Origin: an uncultured Candidatus Peregrinibacteria bacterium
GTDB taxonomy: Bacteria > Patescibacteriota > Gracilibacteria > UBA1369 > LOWO2-01-FULL-3
DNA length: 39,204 bases
Direction: 5' to 3'
Assembly (NCBI GenBank): GCA_903847465.1
Contig: CAINDQ010000038.1
Span: 1 to 39,204, forward strand
Made by a program: the position numbers and the translations under genes. The notes beneath the pieces are model-generated. The model saw only the letters and a program-made list of their open reading frames with translations. It did no database searches and had not been told where the DNA came from. Positions 1 through 6,595 of the stretch are shown here, one piece after another. Within the stretch, counting starts at the first letter, position 1, and each line of letters begins with the position of its first letter.

Positions 1-331
1 TAAGTGAAAGAGTGGAAATTGTTCCACCACTTTTCAAATTTAGACTTGTTGAAAGTAAAACGTTGCCTGCGGTATAAGAGACTACCTTCAATTTAATTCC
101 AGTAGGTGTATGCGCAATAGTATCTCCAACACATGCACTATACAATCCGTCATCACCTGCCGAATTTCCACAAGACATAGCAGAAGTAGAACCTGTCGTG
201 GCAACTAGGTTCAGTAGATTTGCGCTTAAAAGCCCGGAGTTGACGATAGCCACACAACTCACCAAGAACATGAGTACGACAAGGGCACCAGGAGCAATCA
301 TCCTGAGAAAACGAGGTTTCAGTTTAAACAT
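1..331 (-). CDS. hypothetical exported or membrane-anchored protein; its C-terminus lies beyond the window edge
   Basis: This gene is not in the ORF track because no stop lies in the window. A reverse-strand ATG at 331..329 opens the frame MFKLKPRFLRMIAPGALVVLMFLVSCVAIVNSGLL..., which stays open to position 2. A basic N-terminus followed by a hydrophobic helix indicates a signal peptide or anchor. Confidence 0.5.
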   Translation of the reverse strand, partial: MFKLKPRFLRMIAPGALVVLMFLVSCVAIVNSGLLSANLLNLVATTGSTSAMSCGNSAGDDGLYSACVGDTIAHTPTGIKLKVVSYTAGNVLLSTSLNLKSGGTISTLSL

Positions 332-476
332 AGGAAATAGTTAGAATATATTTTTGTTTTATGACTTACTAAGCGATATTGTACCATGTTTTGACGAAAA
401 GGGCAAGTGGGCAAAACCACTTTCCTCCTTCCCCAAATCCCCCTATAATCAAACCAATACTTTTCACCATAATCTC

Positions 477-1001
477 ATGTCCGACAAACCCTTCACCATT
501 CACTTCGTCATCACCGGCGGCACCATTGATTCTCGTTATGACGGCAGCAAAGATACCGCTATTCCAAATGAAACCTCTATCATCCCTTCTTTCATCAAAA
601 GTCTAAGGCTTCATCATGATACCGAATTTACAACCGTCTGCATGAAAGACAGCCGTCAACTCGTACAGGAAGATTTGGAAAACATTATCCGAACTATTGA
701 AGAAAGCCCTCATTCCAAAGTCATTATTACCCACGGGACATATACCATGCCCGACACCGCCCGCTTTCTCAAAGCCAACCTAAAAAACAACGAAAAAACC
801 ATAATTCTCACAGCATCCGCCATCCCAATAAACGGTTTTTCTCCTTCGGATGGACCTTTTAGCCTAGGCTACGCAGTTGCTCAATTAGAACATCTTGAAC
901 CAGGAGTTTACGTCGCCATCAACGGAAAAGTTTTTTCACCAGAAGAAGTAATGAAAGTTATCAGTGAAGCCCGCTTCACCTCTATTTTCCAAAGAAGCTA
1001 A
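477..1001 (+). CDS. L-asparaginase-family protein, N-terminal catalytic domain only (174 aa)
   Basis: The ORF track gives 354..1001 from a TTG. I prefer ATG 477 because a TATAAT box at 444..449 lies upstream of it. Motifs seen: ITGGTIDS (asparaginase TGGTI Thr-nucleophile signature), HGTYTM (compare HGTDT), LTASAIP, and VMKVISEARFTS. The protein ends where the family's C-terminal domain would start. Confidence 0.7.
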   Translation: MSDKPFTIHFVITGGTIDSRYDGSKDTAIPNETSIIPSFIKSLRLHHDTEFTTVCMKDSRQLVQEDLENIIRTIEESPHSKVIITHGTYTMPDTARFLKANLKNNEKTIILTASAIPINGFSPSDGPFSLGYAVAQLEHLEPGVYVAINGKVFSPEEVMKVISEARFTSIFQRS

Positions 1002-1007
1002 TCACCT

Positions 1008-1271
1008 ATGTCCACCATTCAACAACAATTAGACGAAATCAAAAAGCGAAACCTCCGCGTTGAAGCCGACAAAGCCTGGGAAACAAGCTGGACTCGCAGA
1101 GCACTAATCCTGCTTCTTACCTACCTTGTCATCGTAATCTTCTTCCTCGTTACCAAATTGCCAAATCCTTTCCTAAATGCCATTGTCCCCTCAGTGGCCT
1201 TTCTGTTATCAACCATGTCCGTTCCCCTATTTAAAAATTGGTGGCTAAATAATATTCACAAAAAATCATGA
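1008..1271 (+). CDS. small membrane protein (87 aa, 2 predicted TM helices)
   Basis: The ORF has a charged N-terminus followed by ALILLLTYLVIVIFFLV and IVPSVAFLLSTMSVPLF hydrophobic helices. Its stop overlaps the next start (ATGA at 1268..1271). Confidence 0.55.
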   Translation: MSTIQQQLDEIKKRNLRVEADKAWETSWTRRALILLLTYLVIVIFFLVTKLPNPFLNAIVPSVAFLLSTMSVPLFKNWWLNNIHKKS

Positions 1272-1690
1272 ACAACGAAAAAAAATTGTATACCAAAGGC
1301 TGGGTTTTCTTTGGATCATTTCTAGGCGGACCTTTAGCCGGATGCTATTTGGTCAGTAAAAACTTCGAAACGCTGGGGCAAAAAAATCTCGCCAAAAAGA
1401 CCTTGATAGTTGGAATAATCACAACCATTATCCTCTTCGGTTCAATCCTTTTTATTCCTGAAGCAGTCCTAAGCAAAATTCCGAGCTCCGTGATTCCTCT
1501 TGTTTACACAATGGCCATTTATCAATATTTGGTCTTCAAACAAGGGGCAGCCATCGAAGAACATCTAAAAAACGGCGGACTAAAACATTCCGGATGGAAA
1601 GTCGCAGGAATTGGGCTTTTATCGCTGGTAATTTCGATGCTATATGCTTTCGCTTTGGCGTTTTTACTACCAGAAAGCCTGATGAGTTAG
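1268..1690 (+). CDS. hypothetical membrane protein (140 aa, about 4 TM helices)
   Basis: The ORF is translationally coupled to the upstream gene by an ATGA overlap. Several hydrophobic helices are present (WVFFGSFLGGPLAGCYLV, LIVGIITTIILFGSILFI, GIGLLSLVISMLYAFALAFLL). Confidence 0.6.
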   Translation: MNNEKKLYTKGWVFFGSFLGGPLAGCYLVSKNFETLGQKNLAKKTLIVGIITTIILFGSILFIPEAVLSKIPSSVIPLVYTMAIYQYLVFKQGAAIEEHLKNGGLKHSGWKVAGIGLLSLVISMLYAFALAFLLPESLMS

Positions 1691-1753
1691 ACGTAAAACA
1701 GTTGACAATTCTATAGGTGCTATTACAATCAGCGACCATTATTAATAGTGCTT

Positions 1754-2527
1754 ATGGTAAATACCACCCCTGCGGGACCAACCGAGGAAAGAGAAAATCT
1801 TTCAGAGGAAACCATCGAATTAATCCTAGATTTAGTAAAAACTAAAATCAGGCAGGTTCTCGCAAGAAATAACGGACTGCAATTATCAACCTCTCTTCAG
1901 GAACCAAGCATCGAGCTGCAAGAAAGCCCAGATGGCGAAAAAGATGAAGCGATTATTCTCGAAACAATTAAAACTGCCCTAAGAGCAATATTCAAAACAA
2001 ACAACTTAAAATTTACCATTAACGATTCCGTAATAAAAATCACCGCAGCAGATAGCGAAAATACAAAAACTTCCCAACCAGAAGTAGTCAGACCAACCCC
2101 TCATTTGGAAACTTCCAAAAGAACTTTGGATGCAAAAGCCAGGATCACTCTTCCCCCAAGCCTGATAAGCAAAATCCCAGACTCTATGTTTATATACTAT
2201 AAATTCGAAGGCACGACCATAAAATGCATCGTGTCTCCTATAGAAATTGCTTTACCTGGGTATAACGTCTTCAATCAAAAAACTTCAATTGACCATCTCA
2301 AAGGAGTTCCGCAAAAGAGAATCAGCCTATCAAAATTATTCGCAGATCGTCGATCAAGAATAGAGAGAACGTCGAAAGTAATAGGCATGATATACAGCCC
2401 AGAAAATGGATACATAATTCTTGGACAACATGGCCTTGGATCACCTATCTTCACGACTCATGCCGATTACCAAGAAGAAATCTCTATTCTGGAAGCAGCT
2501 TTTGAAAATGCCAGACAAGCTGATTAA
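1754..2527 (+). CDS. hypothetical protein with an acidic N-terminal half and two SpoVT/AbrB-like (MraZ-like) half-motifs in the C-terminal half
   Basis: The ORF track gives 1748..2527 from a GTG; the first ATG is at 1754. KARITLPPSLISKIP...IKCIVSP and KRISLSKLF...NGYIILG resemble looped-hinge AbrB-type DNA-binding motifs. This is a weak match made by eye. Confidence 0.5.
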   Translation: MVNTTPAGPTEERENLSEETIELILDLVKTKIRQVLARNNGLQLSTSLQEPSIELQESPDGEKDEAIILETIKTALRAIFKTNNLKFTINDSVIKITAADSENTKTSQPEVVRPTPHLETSKRTLDAKARITLPPSLISKIPDSMFIYYKFEGTTIKCIVSPIEIALPGYNVFNQKTSIDHLKGVPQKRISLSKLFADRRSRIERTSKVIGMIYSPENGYIILGQHGLGSPIFTTHADYQEEISILEAAFENARQAD

Positions 2528-2621
2528 CTTTCCATTATTTCAAATTTTTCGCCCCCCCTTGCCCAAAAAAGCCGACTGTGCTATTAATAAACACCTCTTA
2601 TTATTTAAATCCTACATTCAC

Positions 2622-2858
2622 ATGGGTAGCCCAGAAGGATTTCCAGAAGCAGGTGAGCCAATATCCCCAACCGAACTCCAACCAGACATGTCAGTTGAAT
2701 CACAAACGGGACTATACGCTGGCAAAGTTGTAGCAGTAACTCCAAGAGGCTACACAATGGCATGGGACGTTATTGACGGCAGAACAGTCCCTGGTAAACC
2801 ATTTACAACGCCTTACCCTTTCGAAACAGATTTCCAATTTAGAAGGCGTACGTCTTAA
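2622..2858 (+). CDS. small hypothetical protein (78 aa)
   Basis: This is the ATG-initiated 3' part of track ORF 2421..2858. The 5' extension overlaps the previous gene and contains a promoter-like TTGCCC-N17-TATTAA at 2559..2587. No motif was recognised. Confidence 0.35.
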   Translation: MGSPEGFPEAGEPISPTELQPDMSVESQTGLYAGKVVAVTPRGYTMAWDVIDGRTVPGKPFTTPYPFETDFQFRRRTS

Positions 2859-2898
2859 ATTTTGCTAAAAACCTTTCAAACATCTAATCCCTAATAAT

Positions 2899-3309
2899 AT
2901 GGTACACGAACACATGCAACAGTATGAAGACCGCCTGACCAAAGCCGCAAAGGAACTTAAACAAGTCTTGACGAGCGAATCACCTTCATCCCTCATTTCA
3001 GACATCAGATTTGCCGTTGAAACAGCCCTAGAGGATGAATTCCTGGAAGGAATGGGAGACTCTGACGAAGATAATAGTGTTCAAAGGTTGGAAGTACTCG
3101 ACGACATGGAATTTGATTTTGGACGAACCGCCGCAGAGACTTATGCTAGAGCACAAGGCATCACCGATGAGGCTATCTTGGAAAAAGTAAGAGAATTTGG
3201 ATTCCACATAGCCGCGCTCTGGATTCAATCAGGAATTGAAAAGGAAAGAGATATCCAGGCAGGAGTAGATGAGCCCCCACGCGACCCAGACGAAGATCAC
3301 GACCTATAA
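2899..3309 (+). CDS. hypothetical acidic soluble protein (136 aa)
   Basis: A clean ORF, D/E-rich, with no TM helix and no recognisable motif. Confidence 0.5.
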   Translation: MVHEHMQQYEDRLTKAAKELKQVLTSESPSSLISDIRFAVETALEDEFLEGMGDSDEDNSVQRLEVLDDMEFDFGRTAAETYARAQGITDEAILEKVREFGFHIAALWIQSGIEKERDIQAGVDEPPRDPDEDHDL

Positions 3310-3325
3310 TACTAGTCCGAATCTA

Positions 3326-3353
3326 TTGAGCCAATCCAAATTTTGCTTATAAT
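3326..3353 (+). promoter_or_regulatory. near-consensus promoter placed for a leaderless transcript of 3360..4847
   Basis: TTGAGC (3326..3331), a 16-nt spacer, then TATAAT (3348..3353). Only 6 nt (ATAAGC) separate the -10 from the A of the ATG at 3360. Confidence 0.5.
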
Positions 3354-3359
3354 ATAAGC

Positions 3360-4847
3360 ATGAAAATCTATAAATACGTATTGGAGATCACAGCGTTTCT
3401 TTGCGGCGCCATTGTGATGGTTTTTGAACTTGTCGGATCTAGAGTGCTCGGACCATATTTCGGAACTTCTATTTTTGTTTGGACTAGTTTGATCGGAATT
3501 ATTTTGGGAAGTCTTAGCCTTGGCTATTATCTTGGCGGAAAACTTGCCGACAAAAAACCTAGCTTCAGCAATTTATCGCTAATTGTTTTATTGGCAGCAA
3601 TCTTTATCGGATTAACTATTTACACAAAAGATTCACTCCTTCTTATCTTGCAATCGAACTTTGCAGACATTCGCTTCACTTCGATTTTCGCATCTTTAAT
3701 TTTGTTCTTACCAACCAGCGTTTTGTTGGGAATGGTTTCCCCTTACACCGTTAAGTTAAAAATGGAAAATTTGAATACTTCGGGCTCAACCGTGGGCAAT
3801 CTTTACGCAATCTCCACCGCAGGAAGTATTTTTGGAACATTCTTGTCCGGCTTTTATTTAATCCCAAAATTTGGAACAAATAAATTGTTAATTATTCTGG
3901 CAATAACTTTGATCGCTGTTTCTTTTTTGCTTTCGATAAAAAAATATACCAAAATTAAATTATCCATTTTCGCCATTATTATCACCGGATATTTTTTGAC
4001 GGGCGGACTCAGTGATGTATTCGCAAAGACGGGCGTTATCGACGTAGATACGGCTTATAATCGCATTTGGATTTACGATCGCGTTGATCCAAGAACAAAC
4101 AAATCCGTTAAAATGATGGGGATTAATAACGAAAATCATTCTTCAATGTTCTTGGATAGCGACGAGTTGGTTAATGAATATACAAAATATTATAATTTGG
4201 CAGAACACTTCTTTCCCGATTTCAAAAAAGCTCTGATGTTTGGAGGCGCAGGATATTCTTATCCAAAAAGTTTCTTGCTCAAATACCCAGAAGCAACCAT
4301 CGACGTAGTCGAAATAGATCCAATGATTACCGAGCTAGCCAAAAAATATTTCAGATTAAAAGATGATCCAAGGTTAACCATTTATCACGAAGACGGCAGA
4401 GTGTATTTGAACAAAACCCAAGAGAAATACGACGTGATTTTTGGAGATGCTTTTACCTCACGTTATTCTTTGCCATATCAACTAACCACGCAGGAAGCTA
4501 TCCAAAAAAAATATAATATTTTGAATGATAACGGGGTCGTTCTTTTGAATATAATTTCCGCAGTAGAAGGAGAACAGAGTGAATTTTTACGAGCAGAATA
4601 TGCCACCTACAAAACCATTTTCCCTCAAGTTTATTTATTCCCAGTGCAAAATCCAGACGACGGAAGTAATGTCCAAAACGTAATCCTTGTGGCTTTAAAA
4701 TCACCAACTATCCCAAAGCTTAAAAGCGCTAATTTAGTATTAAATAGATATCTACAACACTTATGGGAAAAAGACGTTGTTACGGATTTGCCAATTTTGA
4801 CTGATGACTATGCACCAGTGGATTACTACATTAATAAAACAATTTAA
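3360..4847 (+). CDS. membrane-fused spermidine/spermine-synthase-family protein (polytopic N-terminal domain plus aminopropyltransferase-like Rossmann domain)
   Basis: The N-terminal ~220 aa carry about 7 hydrophobic helices. The C-terminal part reads ALMFGGAGYSYP...IDVVEIDPMITELAKKYF...IYHEDGRVYL...YDVIFGDAF, the typical spermidine-synthase-family motif pattern. Confidence 0.85.
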   Translation: MKIYKYVLEITAFLCGAIVMVFELVGSRVLGPYFGTSIFVWTSLIGIILGSLSLGYYLGGKLADKKPSFSNLSLIVLLAAIFIGLTIYTKDSLLLILQSNFADIRFTSIFASLILFLPTSVLLGMVSPYTVKLKMENLNTSGSTVGNLYAISTAGSIFGTFLSGFYLIPKFGTNKLLIILAITLIAVSFLLSIKKYTKIKLSIFAIIITGYFLTGGLSDVFAKTGVIDVDTAYNRIWIYDRVDPRTNKSVKMMGINNENHSSMFLDSDELVNEYTKYYNLAEHFFPDFKKALMFGGAGYSYPKSFLLKYPEATIDVVEIDPMITELAKKYFRLKDDPRLTIYHEDGRVYLNKTQEKYDVIFGDAFTSRYSLPYQLTTQEAIQKKYNILNDNGVVLLNIISAVEGEQSEFLRAEYATYKTIFPQVYLFPVQNPDDGSNVQNVILVALKSPTIPKLKSANLVLNRYLQHLWEKDVVTDLPILTDDYAPVDYYINKTI

Positions 4848-4870
4848 TTATCACTAACAATAATTAAGTC

Positions 4871-5479
4871 ATGGAAAATCAACAAAAAGATTACAACCCT
4901 TTCAAGTTATGGGGTAGCTGGTTTGGTTTTATCTTGGGATTAATCATCCTGATTTTCACATCAACATCTCTTAACGCAGGACACCTACCCCCTTTTGCGG
5001 CAATTATGATGCCAATTGTTGTTTTGAATCCTATCGTATGGATTGATTCAGAGATCGCTTTTTTAACCCTTCCTGTCGCCTTATTTTTCTGGGGATGGAT
5101 TATTCATGTTGTTTTTAGATTGTTCAATAGGCGAACCGTTTCTGAACCAAGTCGCATGAACACAATAACAAAAACCTTCCTCATTATTTTTAGTACAGAA
5201 GCAATTATTTTAATACTAGGCCTCTTTTTCTGGGAAACAGATCGCGGATATAACGACTGCAGATACGAAACCCCTTCCTTGTTACATCCATTTGGAGAAT
5301 TATCTAAGGGTATTCCAGGGCCAATGGGATGGGGGTGTGAAACAGGAGGAACAGCCTTTAGAAATATTGGTCCGGTGTTTTTTCTTGCCGCAGACGCCTT
5401 AATATTAACTGTCGTAATTTTTATAATTTATCTAATTATTAAAATATACGCTCCACATAACTCAATCCAAAATGCATGA
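4871..5479 (+). CDS. hypothetical polytopic membrane protein (202 aa)
   Basis: Multiple hydrophobic helices are present (FGFILGLIILIF, LTLPVALFFWGWIIHVVF, FLIIFSTEAIILILGLFF, VFFLAADALILTVVIFIIYLII). Confidence 0.6.
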   Translation: MENQQKDYNPFKLWGSWFGFILGLIILIFTSTSLNAGHLPPFAAIMMPIVVLNPIVWIDSEIAFLTLPVALFFWGWIIHVVFRLFNRRTVSEPSRMNTITKTFLIIFSTEAIILILGLFFWETDRGYNDCRYETPSLLHPFGELSKGIPGPMGWGCETGGTAFRNIGPVFFLAADALILTVVIFIIYLIIKIYAPHNSIQNA

Positions 5480-5663
5480 CACCCTCACCCTGATCTATGA
5501 TTCCCTCGACATCGTCGTAGCAATAATTTTGGGAATCTGGTTTCTAACTATGAAACGTTGGCCAGGAAAACCAGCCTCAAAACAACACATTAAATGGTTC
5601 CGCATCCTTGGAGTTCTCGCAATTCTTTTCGCCATAATTCGCGGAGTCGAAACATTCCTTTAG
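5472..5663 (+). CDS. small membrane protein (63 aa, 2 TM helices)
   Basis: The ORF overlaps the upstream stop by 8 nt. Helices: IVVAIILGIWFLT and ILGVLAILFAII. Confidence 0.45.
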   Translation: MHDTLTLIYDSLDIVVAIILGIWFLTMKRWPGKPASKQHIKWFRILGVLAILFAIIRGVETFL

Positions 5664-5671
5664 AATAATTT

Positions 5672-5926
5672 ATGCAACCGATCAAAAGAAAATGGGACGT
5701 CCTCTCTAAAGAACAAAGAGAAGCTCTCATCAAAAAAGTCATCGCCTATTTCAAAACCGAAAGGGACGAAGAATTAGGAGTGATAGCCGCAGAAGACATC
5801 CTCGATTTCTTCTTGGAATCTCTCCACAAAGATATCTACAACAAAGCTATCGAAGATTCCAAAACCACAATCAAACAAAGTTTCGATAATTTAGAAATCG
5901 ACCTAGATCTCCTCCTAAATAATTAA
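5672..5926 (+). CDS. DUF2164-like small soluble protein (84 aa)
   Basis: LSKEQREALIKKVIAYFKTERDEELGVIAAEDILDFFLESL matches my recollection of the DUF2164 family pattern. I could not verify this here. Confidence 0.5.
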   Translation: MQPIKRKWDVLSKEQREALIKKVIAYFKTERDEELGVIAAEDILDFFLESLHKDIYNKAIEDSKTTIKQSFDNLEIDLDLLLNN

Positions 5927-5938
5927 CCATACCTCCCT

Positions 5939-6202
5939 ATGGATCCACAACCAATCTCGATCATCGACAGCCCAAACACTTACTTGGAAAGACTAGGCAG
6001 ACTTTTTTTCGGCGCAAACGGCGTGAATTATTACGGCCTATTGATGGTGATTGTTCCTCTAATTGTTTTGGCGGGAATATTTTTTATCATCCGTCATTAT
6101 TCATCCAGCAAAAGAATTGTGGGCATTTACGGAGTCGTTGCGGCAGTAGCATATCTCGCCTACCTATTCATTCTACTTCCTAGTTTCTCATACGTAATCT
6201 AA
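5939..6202 (+). CDS. small membrane protein (87 aa)
   Basis: Two hydrophobic helices: YGLLMVIVPLIVLAGIFFII and IYGVVAAVAYLAYLFILL. Confidence 0.5.
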   Translation: MDPQPISIIDSPNTYLERLGRLFFGANGVNYYGLLMVIVPLIVLAGIFFIIRHYSSSKRIVGIYGVVAAVAYLAYLFILLPSFSYVI

Positions 6203-6209
6203 AACCTTT

Positions 6210-6518
6210 ATGACTACTCTCGAATTCCTCAGACAATTTCGCCTCGGCGGATACGCTGTTTTTGACTTTGCAGTTTCGTTTTTAGGAATGTTTTTGCTGT
6301 CTCCACTTCTCTCAAAATTATTCTTAAAGCTTCACCTTGAGATTCCGAAATTGAACTGGGTTTTCCTCACAATTCCGATTGCTATCATAGTCCATTTGCT
6401 TGTCGGCAACATGACTCCTATGACAAAAAGCCTCCTAGATCTTCACGGCGGCTATATCACGAAACTCATCGCTCTAGCCTCTTTGATCTTGGGAATTTAC
6501 GGAATAAAAATCATCTAA
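6210..6518 (+). CDS. small membrane protein (102 aa, 3 TM helices)
   Basis: Helices are AVFDFAVSFLGMFLL, VFLTIPIAIIVHLLV and LIALASLILGIYGI. The gene is followed by a hairpin terminator. Confidence 0.55.
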   Translation: MTTLEFLRQFRLGGYAVFDFAVSFLGMFLLSPLLSKLFLKLHLEIPKLNWVFLTIPIAIIVHLLVGNMTPMTKSLLDLHGGYITKLIALASLILGIYGIKII

Positions 6519-6540
6519 AAGAAATCCTTCAAGAAAACAA

Positions 6541-6580
6541 AAGAGCCCCCTGTTTTTCAGAGAGCTCTTTTTATTTATTT
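6541..6580. terminator. bidirectional rho-independent terminator between the convergent genes 6210..6518(+) and 6596..15748(-)
   Basis: AAAAGAGC (6541..6548) pairs with GCTCTTTT (6566..6573), with an inner CTG/CAG pair. An A-run lies on one side and a T-run on the other (..GCTCTTTTTATTTATTTT), so a U-tract follows the stem on either strand. Confidence 0.6.
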
Positions 6581-6595
6581 TGGTTTTTCGAATAA

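Noticed and set aside
354-476. The TTG-initiated 5' extension of the asparaginase-like ORF, and the alternative-frame ORF 379..606.
   Set aside because: The extension contains a TATAAT box (444..449) and reads as non-protein-like sequence. ORF 379..606 is a P/S-rich frame shadow of the real gene.
2552-2558. A C7 homopolymer next to the -35 of the putative 2622..2858 promoter, as a possible phase-variation switch.
   Set aside because: The tract lies upstream of the -35 hexamer, so length changes would not alter -35/-10 spacing. Seven residues is also marginal for slippage.
2421-2621. The 5' part of track ORF 2421..2858, which overlaps the end of 1754..2527.
   Set aside because: It overlaps the preceding gene by about 100 nt in another frame. 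It also spans a promoter-like TTGCCC-N17-TATTAA, so only the ATG-initiated 2622..2858 part was kept, at low confidence.
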